Notes: a model not told the origin generated them from the letters alone. A stretch of 41,881 bases of DNA from Octopus sinensis (GCF_006345805.1 NW_021835174.1:1-41881); one strand, 5' to 3'; shown: positions 10,533 to 22,150, numbered from the stretch's first letter. Made by a program: numbers and translations.

Positions 10533-10837
10533 TAATCTTTGTTCTTGTGATTTTTTAATGCTTTTTACCCCCATACCTTCGTGGGTTATTTTGAGTAAAC
10601 ACTATCAGAGAGAAATTTTCTTTAAGTATTAGAAATAGCTAAAAATCTTTTTTGGCTGCTATTTCTAATGAGTTCAGTATGTGGCAAAGTAATTTATTTT
10701 ACTAAGCCCTTTTATATAATGTAATATTTTAAATATATGTATATATATATAAATGTATATAAATATATATATTTATATATATATATATATAAATATATGT
10801 ATATATATATAAATGCATGTATGTATATATGTATATA

Positions 10838-11215
10838 TTGCGGTAGATTTTGAAAATTATAGCATATAGACTTGAGGCTTCCTTACTATCGCCTCGTGGA
10901 TATATGTTCGTCCTTGGCTTCTCTGCTGACGAGGCACGCCAGTTGTATATAAATTTAATTTAATTTAATTAATTTGCTTACTAAAGTTTGCCGAAACTAT
11001 GCATAGTCCAGAGATGAAAGGGTAAACGTTTCTATTTCTCTTTCAATTTCAGAATTACAACTATTAGCGGTTTGAGTTTGGCTGCTCTTTCTAGTGAGTC
11101 GAATGTCCTATATGGCCATTCCTTATATTTTTGAATGTATATTATATAGTCTTTGACTATCTTTTCTTTCTCACTGGACCGCTGGTAGCGGAGAATGTTT
11201 TGCTACTCTTATATT
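10838..11215 (+). repeat. Diverged single monomer of the 475-bp ribozyme repeat family
   Basis: Colinear blocks shared with the array unit: ttgaaaatt, cgcctcgtg, gaattac-acta, tggctgctctttct, tagtc-gacta, ccgctggtagcg, ttttgctac. Confidence 0.8.
10920..11014 (+). ncRNA. Canonical type I hammerhead ribozyme
   Basis: tctctg-CTGACGA-ggca...tgcc-GAAA-ctatgcatag-TC-cagaga. All core nucleotides are present, G10.1-C11.1 pairs, and stem III is the perfect palindrome actatgcatagt. Confidence 0.92.
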
Positions 11216-11224
11216 TATTAATAT

Positions 11225-11256
<32 letters not shown>

Positions 11257-11266
11257 AATGTATATA

Positions 11267-12557
11267 TTGGGTTGTCCGGAAAGTTCGTGCCAATTTTTAA
11301 AGGAAAGAAAAAGGTCAATAAATACTTGCCATTACATTTTTAATCAACCAAATATGAACCATTTTGTTGCACAATGCGTCTCCATCTTTCCTTTAACTTG
11401 AAAATACCCTCTTTCCAGGATTGAGGTGGTTTCATGGCAAAGAATTTATCAAGACATCATTTGACGTCATCCAAGAAATTGAAATTTTTACCATTGAGAC
11501 TATTCTGCAGAGACCTGAATAAGTGGAAATCTGCAGGAGCAATATCTGGTGAATATGGAGGGTAGGGTAACACATCCCAGCCGAGCTGCAGCAATTTTTG
11601 TCTGGTTACCAAAGAAACGTGCGGTCTTGCATTATCATGTTGGAAAACAACACCCTTCCCGTTGGCCAATTCTGGATGTTCCTCTTGAATTGCTACTTTT
11701 AACTCGTCCAGTTGTGTGCAGTATTTCTCAGAGTTAGTTGTCTGATTACTTGAGAGAAGCTCACAGTAAAGAATTCCTTTCCAATCCCACTAGACACAAA
11801 GCAAGACTTTTTTAGGGTGAAGACCCGCTTTTGGGGTGGCTAAGAGTGGCTCATGTCGCTTACTCCAGGATCGCTTTCTCCGAACATTTCGGTAGATAAT
11901 CCATTTCTAATCACCTGTCACAATTTACTTTAAAAAACGTGCGTTTTCATTCTGTTTACAAAGCGAATCGCAGATGGAAATGCGATCCAAAAGGTTCTTA
12001 GGTTCTTCTCACTCAGCTCATGTGGTATTCAAACATCGTAGCGATTTGTGTACCCAAGCTTTCCCAGGGGCTCATGAACGACGGATTTTGATAGGTTGAG
12101 GCTTTTTGCTAATTCTCGGATTGTGCAATGTGGGTTATTCTCAATTAATGGCTTGATTTGGTCATCATCCGTAGTAGATGGTCTGCCTGATTGCTCTTTA
12201 TCAATAAGGCTACAATCTCCAGCACGGAACCTTGCGAACCACTTCCGTGCAGTTCTTTCGGATAAAGAAACATCACCGTAAACTACGCATATTTCTTTGG
12301 TTCCTTGTGAGGCATTTTTCCCTTTACGGAAAAAGAAACGCATCAAGTGCTGAAAATGAACTTTCTTATCTTCCATTTAAAGGGTTACAGAATTAAAACA
12401 GGTTATAGGAACATAAACATTCTTCCATGAAAAGATAGCTTAAACTGTTCTCTAAATGGAGGTGTAGCCAAATCCTATTTTATGGACTCAACCATATTCT
12501 AAAATAAGTCAAAAGGTAAGCTTCTATAAATCGGCACGAACTTTCTGGACAACCCAA
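11267..12557 (-). mobile_element. Mariner transposon, 1291 bp, degenerate DD34D transposase (mellifera-like)
   Basis: TIRs ttgggttgtccggaaagttcgtgcc / ggcacgaactttctggacaacccaa with TA on both sides. ORF pieces MEDKKVHFQHLMRFFFRKGKNASQ (HTH), QHDNARPH and YSPDIAPADFHLF. Confidence 0.95.
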
Positions 12558-12559
12558 TA

Positions 12560-13684
12560 TATAAACCTCGCTAAGATAAGTATTTATTTATATTTAAGAT
12601 CTTCAAATTGTAAATTTTAATATTGTATAAGTCTTTGGTGTAATAATATTTTCCTTATGTAAATATCGTTGTTTATGTAATGATCTAATTATCGTAATTT
12701 TCTATATTATTAGATATTAAACTTAAGTTTATTCGTAAGATACTACTTAGCGATAGATTTGTTATTTGATAGCAAGCATACGAGGTGTATTAAGTTAGGC
12801 TTTTGTATATACATGTTTTAATAATATTAATTGTAGTTTTAAATTTATAATTAAATTAGATAAACTTTGATAAACTTAGATATGTTCGACTAAAGATTGG
12901 TCCAGGCCATGTCTAAGTTAATAGCATAACTTAGTTATTTCTTTAAATTGATATTCGCTAGTATTCCCATTGATAATTATATTTATAGTATTTATAGTAT
13001 TTATTCGATACTATATTACTACGAAATGATTATTTCTATAAGTATTTTACATAAGATTTCCGAAAGTTTGTTTAAGTTTGTTTATTTGTATTTTGAAATT
13101 AGCTATTTCATCTTTAAATATGAAAAATTAATTTATTAGGTTTTTATTATATGTGCATATATATTTATTTATAGAGATTATTTTAGATCTTAATATTTAT
13201 ATACATTTATATATTTTCATTGATAATTTATATATATTAGTCATTTTAAAATATTTATGTAATTAGATATAGACTAATACCGATATTAGATTATTGTTGG
13301 GTTTCCTACCTTATAAATTAAAATTAATATTTAACATTATAGTCGATTTTGATATAATCATAATTGTTAAGTTTTATGTTTCTAGTTTGATAATAGAGTT
13401 TATTATAAGTAAAATTATTATATTATTCATATCTTAAAGATATTGCTTAAATATTTCTGATTATATTTTAGATATTTCAATTAACCTGAAGATTGACTGT
13501 AACCATAACTCGATTATTACGAATTGTACAGCCATGAAACGATCGTAGTGTTTTACTCTTTATCTTTTATTAAACTTTTATACTTTTGATATATATTTAA
13601 AATAATATAAATTAATTAATTTTATGTATTGGCTTATGTTTTTCATTGTTTGATTTGCCTAATAGTGGTTTTATCTCTAATTTA

Positions 13685-13700
<16 letters not shown>
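12560..13700 (+). repeat. Very AT-rich decayed repeat ending in a Penelope-type pLTR-like segment
   Basis: Carries a hammerhead-like motif at 13482-13552. Its 3' part (ttatgtattggctta...ttttatctctaatttaatat) recurs at 16382-16495. No coding trace could be recovered. Confidence 0.4.
13482..13552 (+). ncRNA. Degenerate type I hammerhead motif
   Basis: CTGAAGA-t-tgactgta...tacagcca-t-GAAA-cgatcg-TA. Stem III is the palindrome acgatcgt. Stem I is poor and the 10.1/11.1 positions are T.T. Confidence 0.55.
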
Positions 13701-13734
<34 letters not shown>

Positions 13735-13786
13735 TTATAAGTATATGAAAGAATGGAGTTGAACGACTAGTTAACAAATATCCCTT

Positions 13787-13871
13787 ATTCTCGACATATG
13801 TTTCGAAGGCTGCATTTTCCTAATTCCGAAGGAATAAGGAGTACATTATGCAGATTTCTCATCAGGAAAAT
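13787..13871 (-). ncRNA. Type I hammerhead, left-arm copy
   Basis: Reverse complement of 13981-14065. Confidence 0.85.
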
Positions 13872-13980
13872 CAAGGAACTTATGTCGACATCAAAATGCA
13901 CAAAAAACTTTTAGCTGACCGCTCTCAAGGAGCCCATGGCGATAATTTTTGTGCATTTTGATGTCGACATAAATTCCTTG

Positions 13981-14065
13981 ATTTTCCTGATGAGAAATCT
14001 GCATAATGTACTCCTTATTCCTTCGGAATTAGGAAAATGCAGCCTTCGAAACATATGTCGAGAAT
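13981..14065 (+). ncRNA. Type I hammerhead with minimal palindromic stem III (Penelope type)
   Basis: attttc-CTGATGA-gaaatctgcat...atgcagccttc-GAAA-catatg-TC-gagaat. Stem III is acatatgt. Confidence 0.88.
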
Positions 14066-14819
14066 AAAGGATATTTGTTAACTAGTCGTTCAACTCCATT
14101 CTTTCATATATTTATAATTTTAAAATAAACATACAAATTTCCGCACGAAGACACGTAGTCTATGCCCTAGGGACGTAGCTTCAACCGTGTTCTTTCTGAT
14201 GTGAATTTGCTACCCAGTTATCGGTTAGCTTTCGAATTATCCTTAATAAGATAATTCATTCAATTACTCAAATATATATATATATATATGTCTCTCTTTT
14301 TCTGTGTTTGTGTATTTCTGTGTGTGTGTGTGTATGTGTGTGTGTGTTTCTGTGTTTCCGCGTGTGTGCGTTTGTGTGTTTATATGTTTGTGCGAACGTG
14401 TGAATTAAGTGTGGGAAGAGGTAAGTATTAGCGTAAGGTGAGGCGATCACTATGAGTTGATAGACGAAGGTTTAATTTACACAAATCTTTGGATCGGCAC
14501 CGAAAACGACAGCTTCGGCGGTGTACTTGAAAGGAAATCAGGGAAGTATTTTTTTATTTATTGGTTACAGAATAGATTATGAGTGCGTGCATGTGTATCG
14601 GTATTTGTCAATGCATTTGTGCATTTGAACATATGTCTTTGCTGTAGATATTAGCTTATTTATTATCACGGGTGATTATCAGCCGGTTATTGATATCAAA
14701 ATTAATGGATTCCAAACTTTTTAGTTAAAAAAAAAGAAGATTAAAACACAATGATGCATGGAGAGTAGTTGCTGTTAGCATGGTGAGTGATGAGATATGT
14801 GTGTGTATTGAATATATAT

Positions 14820-16012
14820 TTTGTTGTCCGAAAAGATCATGCCAAAATTTCAGAGAAATTAAACGACAAAACAAAATTATGCCATTAAATATCTATTCAA
14901 CTAAATATGAGCAATTTTGTTGCACAACGTTTCTCCATTTTTCCTTCAACTTAAAGATTCCGTTTTCTCAGAACTTGGGTAAAGAACTCATTAAGGTATT
15001 TTTTTTTGTGTCCTCCAAAGAATTAAAACAGATTATTTTGCAAGGACCTGAATAAATGAAAATCCGAAGGGGCAATGTCTGATGAATATGGGGGGTGGGG
15101 TAACACATACCAGCCAAGCTGCAACAATATTTGATGGGTCTGGCATTATCCTGGTAGAAAACAACACCTTTCCTGTTTGCCATTTCTGGCTGTTTTTCTT
15201 GAATTGCTACCTTTAAATTGTCCAGTTGCAAGCTGTACTTCTAAGAATTACTTGGCAGAAGCTCATAGCACAGGATCCCTTTCCAATCCCACCAGATGCA
15301 GCGCATGACCTTCTTAAGATGAAGACCTGCTTTTGGGGTGGCTAAAGGAGGCTCATGTCGCTTAGCTCAGAATCCTTTTCACTGAATATTGTTGATAACG
15401 TTCCCATTTTCATCACCCGTCACAATTTGCTTCAAAAAGTTTACATTTTCATTGCATTTATACGGCAAATCAAAGGTAGAAATATGACCCAAAAGATTCT
15501 TTTCACTCAGATTATCTGGTACCCAAGCTTCATTAAGGGCTCATGGATGGCTGATTTTGATACAATAAGTGTTTTTGCCAATTCCCGCGTTATTTAATGC
15601 GGATTATTCTCAATCAATGTCTTAATTTGATCGTCATTTGAAGTGGGTGCACTGCCTGAGTGTTCTTCATCAAAAAGGCTACAATCACCAACTCTAAACT
15701 TAGCCAACCTCTTCCATACGGTTCTGTCGGCTAAAGCACCTTCACTGCACATAGTACATATCTTTTTTTGCCTGCAAGGCATTTTTGCCTTAACGATAAA
15801 AAAAAAAGGATCTAGTGTATAAATGCACCTGATAATCTTTCATTTGTAAAACTGACACGAATTAAATGATTTTAAACTTACTTTCTCAAGAGATAGTTTG
15901 AAGTGTGCGCTAACCGGAAATGTAAGAATATTTATTGGTCGATAGATTTGACATGTTCTAACGAGTTGGAACATGAACGACTCAAAATCGGTATGAACTT
16001 ACCGGACGACTC
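14820..16012 (-). mobile_element. Mariner transposon, older decayed relative of 11267-12557
   Basis: Degenerate TIRs ttgttgtccgaaaagatcatgcc and aaaatcggtatgaacttaccggacgactc. ORF pieces VVFYQDNARP and AKFRVGDCSLFDEEHSG. Confidence 0.85.
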
Positions 16013-16014
16013 AG

Positions 16015-16046
<32 letters not shown>

Positions 16047-16128
16047 TTCATACGTACATGCACGCACGCACGCACACACACACACACATATATATATATA
16101 TGTATAAATACATACGTACGTATATACA

Positions 16129-16167
<39 letters not shown>

Positions 16168-16245
16168 ATAAATATTAGGGAATAAATCCAAACTTACAGG
16201 GAAAAATCAGATTTAGGATTGAATCCAATTTTATAGTAAAATATT

Positions 16246-16491
16246 ATATTATATTAAATTAGAGATAAAACCACTATTAGGCAAATCATACAATGAAAAA
16301 CTTAAGCCAATACATAAGATTATTTAATTTATATTATTTAAATATATAACAAAATTATTAAAATGTTTTTAATATTTTAAAAATAATTTTGTTATATATT
16401 TAAATAATATAAATTAGATAATCTTATGTATTGGCTTAAGTTTTTCATTGTATGATTTGCCTGATAGTGGTTTTATCTCTAATTTAATATA

Positions 16492-16495
<4 letters not shown>
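16246..16495. repeat. Fold-back with 114-bp arms and 22-nt spacer
   Basis: 16246-16359 versus 16382-16495, 2 mismatches. The arm sequence matches about 13590-13690, downstream of the 13482 hammerhead motif. Confidence 0.9.
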
Positions 16496-16557
<62 letters not shown>

Positions 16558-16749
16558 CGTGTGCGTGTGTGTGTATAGTCACACAGCTGCACCCTCGTTA
16601 GACGAGAAATGCCATTGCCAAAAAGACTTACCGGAATGATTAATTATTGATGCCATGTGATGCCCTTATATGACTTTTAAGCCCAGCCAAAGTTTTACAC
16701 ATTTTATTACATACTGCACATCTGTGATGGCAGGCAGGCAGGAGAAACA

Positions 16750-18350
16750 GGTGCCATCATATGCACTCACTTAACATGTCTTTTCAAACCTCCAGCTGAG
16801 AGGCACACCCTTCCACATTTTACGCATGTTCTGTTGTGAATTGTAATAATTGCATCATGGTTTATAATGGTCGATTCTTCTGAGATGTTTGATGGCTAAC
16901 CAGACCAGCACGACTCAAACACCTCCTCCCACAAACCACACATACAAAAAACAACATTCCCTTTCTCGCCACAGGCTCCCTCCTAATTCACTCATACTTC
17001 ACTCCTCCCCTCTCAAACCCCAAAAAACCACCATGCACTGTCTTCCGCCATCCATCCTGATCCTGTGCCTCCTTCTCTCAATCACCAACTGCAATTCCTG
17101 TCTGTACTAGAACATTTTAAAAGCAATCCTTAAACCTTAGTCTAGGTTTATGCGCTGTTCTCCTACCGTCTTCCAGCTCACCATACAAAAGCTGCTTGGG
17201 CAGTCTCTCATCATTCATCCTTATCAGATGTCCCTTCCACCTCAACGTCTTTGCAGAATCATTGACTTTATACTTCTACTGCCACTCCTCTCAAGCACCT
17301 CCACGCGACTAATGACCATTTTCCAGTTTATCCACCAATTTTTTTCTCAGACACTATTGATGGTATTGATCCAGTTGCCTTACCTGCCTACGGTAAACAA
17401 CTCATGCCTCACTCCCATATAACAAAGATGGCAGGACGCACATGTTATACACCTTAACTTTAATTTGTGAAGATATATTATGTCGTGTCCACAGACACTT
17501 GTCCTGCCTACCAAAAGCACTACAAGCCCTGCTGATTCTGTATGAAATTTCATCATCAAGACCAGCAATGCTCAAGGCACTTTCCTAAATAAATAAATCT
17601 AGACACAGTCTCCAACCTTTGACGAATCACAGTTACAAAAGGGTCCACATACATATTGGAAGGAGAAGGCTGGTACATTATACCAGTTTTTTCAGATTGA
17701 CCGTGAGAGCCAATGCTGCACATGCTGCAGAAATCGCATTCAGTATGTGCTGCATATCTTTCTGAGAATGTGCCAAACGGTCACAATCATCTGCATACAA
17801 AAACTCAATGAGGTGAGAATGCAGAACTTTCGTTTTGGCATCGAGTCTTTTGAGATTGAATAGTTTTCCTGTTCTATTGTCATATATCTTATATCGATCC
17901 CTTCAGTGCAACCCTCAAAAGTTATCTGAAAGACTATTGCAAAATACACAGCAAGCAATGTAGGAGCAGGAATATCACCTTGTCTTACACCATTTTCTAC
18001 AGAAATTGGATCTGATAAGGTACCTCCAACATTAACTCTCACTTCAATCTTGCCATGAAATTGTTTAAGCATTCTCACAAATTTTTCAGGGCATCCTAGC
18101 TTTTCCAGGATCTGGCAAAGTGCAACTCTAGAGACAGAATCAAATACTTTCGTTAGTCAATGAAAACCTGATATAAGTCCATATTCTGTTCGATGCTCTT
18201 CTCTTGCAACTGTTTAGCTGGAAATATTATATTCATAGTACTCCTACTGTCCCTAAATCTACATTGCGATTCTGGTAGAACCTCATGAGTAATGTGCAGA
18301 AGCAATCTGTTCAGCATTAACCCTACAAAAGGCCGTTCCAGCAACAGCTA
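16750..18350 (-). pseudogene. RTE (BovB-like) LINE reverse transcriptase fragment
   Basis: LPESQCRFRDSRSTMNIIF...QLQEKSIEQNMDLYQVFID and NGVRQGDIPAPTLL, with frameshifts and stops. Confidence 0.88.
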
Positions 18351-19279
18351 ACAGACAGATGCTGCGATAATTATCAGACATCCTTATACGAAAATGAAAA
18401 ATATGTACTAAAAATATATATACTAAATATATATACTAAAAATATGCATACTAAAAATGAAAAGTGCGGACGCAGAGTGCTAGAATATTCTTAAGTATTG
18501 AACCTAGTAAATTAATGTAAAAGCATTAATTAGGCGTGAGAAAGTACAGAAGAAGAAAAGAGCTTAAAATATTGCTGCTGAAGTTAGAATTTGCAAAATA
18601 AAAGTTTTGAACTTGCTTATCAAATAGTGCGTGAACTTTGTTGTTTTCTTATAGATTTTCTTATAGATTCTTATAGATTTTTGGCTTTTATTGCAATTGT
18701 TTTGAAATCAAAGTTAATAGTTTTGCTTTAAAATTTTCTGTGTACTAAGCTATTTTTATTATAACATTATTTTACAATTTTATTTTCTTAACAAAACTCA
18801 TTATCTAAAAATTTTAAACCACAGTTATTATGTTAATATTAAATTCGTTCAGAATATATGTAATCCAAAAATAAGAGTAAAAATAGTTAAAATTTATTTA
18901 AAGAAACAAAAGAACTAATTTCATTAGCATTTTCATTTTGAGATGAGTATTTTCTATTTCCAGTCAGAATACTCTCCCAAACTTAATTACTGCTTGTCCT
19001 GTAATTCTTCCGCTTCAATACTTAAACATAGTCTAGCACTCTGCGCCGCATTTTTGCATTGTAGTCCAATTTTTTCTGTTATCATAATTAATTATGTTTA
19101 CCCTCATATTTTTCATTCCAGTAATACTAAAATAAGACAGAAATGTTTCAGTTAAATACAAAGAAATTTGTAAATCAAAATATTAGCTTCAATTTAAAAA
19201 AGTTGCAATAAAAAGCAAAAAAATGTTAAATAGTATAAAACTGCACCCACTATTTGATGAATACTTTCAGGAATTTATT

Positions 19280-19660
19280 TTGACCTAAATTTTCCAAAAC
19301 ACCTTCCGTTCCATTTTTCATAGCTTTTGCTCTGGTCCATATCATTCTGTTGTCTCGAATGTAAGGACAGCCGACATTTGCCTGTCATATTAAAAACGGT
19401 AAAGGATTGGAACCATTGATAAAATTTCCAGATGATTTTCTTTGAAGCTGATGAAGCATTTTGACGCAGTTCCCATTCCTTTTTAATTTGCCACTTTCGG
19501 CAACAAAAAAATTGAATCTTCTTTCAGCCTTAGGAAAGCCAAATCGACATTTTTGACCACATTTTTTGCTTTACCATAAACCCTCCAGCAAGTTTTTCTA
19601 CATGAATGCGTTTGAAAATGATTGACTAAATTGTAAAGAGTGAGGGTTGATGGTAATCCT
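19280..19660 (-). pseudogene. Helitron/Helentron Rep-domain fragment
   Basis: Manual translation gives HFQTHSCRKTCWRVYGK, frameshift, KCRFGFPK, then FINGSNPLPFLI*QANV. This matches the Q-H-TC-CRF-FP and IN-YNP-W-ANMD pattern I recall for Helentron Rep proteins. Confidence 0.55.
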
Positions 19661-19671
19661 CAAGTAACATA

Positions 19672-19733
19672 CAGGGTGGTGCAAACGTAGGCTTACAATT
19701 ATACAACTGTAAGTCTACTTTTACACCACCCTG
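19672..19733. mobile_element. 62-bp Tc1/mariner-type MITE consisting almost only of TIRs
   Basis: TA-cagggtggtgcaaacgtaggcttacaatt ... aactgtaagtctacttttacaccaccctg-TA. Confidence 0.8.
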
Positions 19734-19917
19734 TATTGTTCTATAAAATGTTGATTTGTTTCTGGAGAATTTTTGTCATAAATAGGTACTTGATCCACCT
19801 AAATTTTCTTATGAACATGTGGAGCTTCTCTTCGTTTGATACTCTATTCTTAAAAACTAATAGGTAATGTTGCCAAGAATTGTATTGTCCGCGCCTCCCC
19901 GCCCGCCTACAAAAAAT

Positions 19918-20020
19918 GAACTTGAGCAGCATGAAAAGGAGTGCTTTGCTCAAGAACACAATGCATCGCCCGGTCCAAGAATCGAAACCACAGTCTTACG
20001 ATTATGAGTGCAATACTCTA
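19918..20020 (-). mobile_element. tRNA-derived SINE head fragment
   Basis: Minus strand tagagtattgcactc...tggtttcgattcttggaccggg (B box)...gcattgtgttcttgagcaaagcact. Confidence 0.6.
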
Positions 20021-20219
20021 GGTGAAATTCGTAATTCTAGTCTCTGAGTAGAAGCAACAGACGGAATACGAATGAGCACATGAGAGGCGTCATTTCTCTG
20101 TTGCGTTTATGAACTTCACCTGCAGCCTATGCCATCGCTGCAGCCCAAATGCGAGCATACTAGAGATGACTTCTGAAAAGGAACAGTCAACGTCGACCTA
20201 CGACAAACACCAACAATGT

Positions 20220-20261
<42 letters not shown>

Positions 20262-21007
20262 GTTTGTGTGTTTGTATATTTGTATATATATATTCATTTC
20301 AAGTAAGTTTTTTCTTAATAATTCCGATGCGCACTCTACATCCTATCTCTATTTTATCTATCTCCCTCTCGTGTTCTTCTTCCTTTCTGATTTCCTCTCC
20401 CACCCTTTCCCTATTCGTCTCATCTCGCCATCACCGTCCCCCTCTCTCTCTTTCTCTCACTCTTCCTCCTTGACTCTCTCTTTGCTCACACGTGACCAAC
20501 GGCTATCTATCTTTCTTTCCTCCACTTCCTTCCTAAAGACAAGATGTGCTTTTGCCTGTTTCTTCTCAAAGTTCGTCGTCCCAACGTTCACCACTTGACC
20601 TCGTCATGGCTTAACATCCCTCACCGTTTGTTTTTACTGTTTTTTTTATAACTGTACTGTTTTTGTTACCACTTTATTCCTCCACAAAAATTCCAAATTT
20701 TATTTAATTTGCTTTGCGGGAAGAACTGTTTTAACGAAGTCGAGTCTTGTCCCTACCTTCGAAACACGGAGTAGATAAAACAGGGGACAAATGATGAAGG
20801 GATTGTTCTTTATGTTGCCTGTCTCGTTTCTCTGTGTTTCTTTCGTTGTTCGAAAAAAAGTTCGTTTTCTATGTTTTTGTTTTTTATGTTCTCGTTTCTC
20901 ATTTTGTTCACGTGTTTTCGACGTCCTGTACCCATATATGTATCTATATATACATATGTATGTAGATATGTACATATATGCATGTATATATGCATATATT
21001 TATATAT

Positions 21008-21530
21008 TACTAGCAGCATAGCCCGGCATTGTCCGGGTATGTAAGAGCCCCTGGAGCAGACATGATGCTCGCTGTGAATTTTTAAAAATTTCCTGCCAAA
21101 TTGTGAAAGATATTGTCGAAAATATGTTATCTTGAATTTGAACGCGATTTCCCAAAGTGGCATGATTTTATCGATTTTTTTTGTGATGGTAAGGTATTGC
21201 ATGGAAAACTAACGTCAGAATTAAGTTTCTTAGGGTAACATTAAGCTTCACCATGAGTTTGGTGAAAATCGATTGCAAGTTGCAGAAACTACAACAGAAA
21301 ATCTGTTGCAAATAAAAAGCTTAGATTCTCGACCCCATGTCGAATTTATCGATTTTTTTCAGAACTGGGGGAACTTTTCAAACTTTTCGCTGCGTTAGTT
21401 TTGAATTATGACATTGAGCTATATGTGTGTCAAGATTCATCAGAATCGGTTGAAAGCCGTGGTCAGGGCGAGGGTACAACCTGACAGACACACAGACACA
21501 CAGACAGACAAACTGCCATTTATATATAGA
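21008..21530 (+). mobile_element. Helitron-like non-autonomous element (Lep1-like architecture)
   Basis: Starts actagcagcatagcccggcattgtccggg and ends with acagacacacagacagacaaactgccatttatatataga. No ORF. Confidence 0.55.
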
Positions 21531-21789
21531 GTGATTTATATTATTATATTATCGAACGCCACGCATCCATTTCCAAGTACATATACATATGTATGTATAT
21601 ATATTTATATATATATATATATATGTACGTATATATATACTAGGGTAGGGTTATATATATATAAGGGAAAACAAGTTATATATAGGGGAAAACAAGTTCG
21701 TGAAAGATGGAGAGAAGCCAGTGAGGACAGCAAAAACGACAAATAGCTTACTAAATGGATCCCAATCATGAAATATGAAAGCGGACATA

Positions 21790-22150
21790 GGGTAGAGACT
21801 GCAATTTCCCCAGGCTGTCCCTACAACCTTGAGACCAGATGTAGTTCGGTGGTCTGAAAAGATCAGGAAAATTATCTTGATTGAGCTTTTAATCCTGTGG
21901 GAAGAAGAGTACGGTCAGGCCCACGAACTGAATCGAGTTAAATATGAGAGTATTCTGCAGTATTGCAGAGAGGAGGGATGGTAGTTATGGCTTTTTTCTA
22001 GTCGAGGTTGGCTGCAGGGGTTTCCCTCTCCAGTCGGTACAGAGGATACTTACAGCCACTGGAATGAAAAAAAAAGGGGCGAAGGGTGGTTGTGTGCAGA
22101 ATGGGAGAGGCATCCGGGCTTAGCCCGTATGTAGCTCGGAGTTCCCATAC
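21790..22150 (+). pseudogene. Restriction-like endonuclease domain of a HERO/NeSL-type non-LTR element
   Basis: Manual translation FPQAV.TTLRPDVVRWSEKIRKIILIELLILWEEEYGQAHE...KY...GW*...VEVGCRGF, a PD-(D/E)XK REL pattern. Confidence 0.75.

Larger units (their letters stand above)
13729..14123. repeat. Fold-back with 178-bp arms and 39-nt spacer, made of Penelope-type pLTR sequence
   Basis: 13729-13906 is the reverse complement of 13946-14123; I count about 3 mismatches. Confidence 0.95.

Noticed and set aside
16246-16495. Arm mismatches in the fold-backs are all transitions (A/G), hinting at retro-copied A-to-I editing
   Set aside because: Only five sites in total. Ordinary transition bias explains them, and the third copy at 29131 shows mixed states.
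20726-20783. ctgtttta...cttc-gaaac...gta-ga-taaaacag, an 8-bp closing helix around a GAAA
   Set aside because: There is no CUGANGA box and stem III has only 2 bp.
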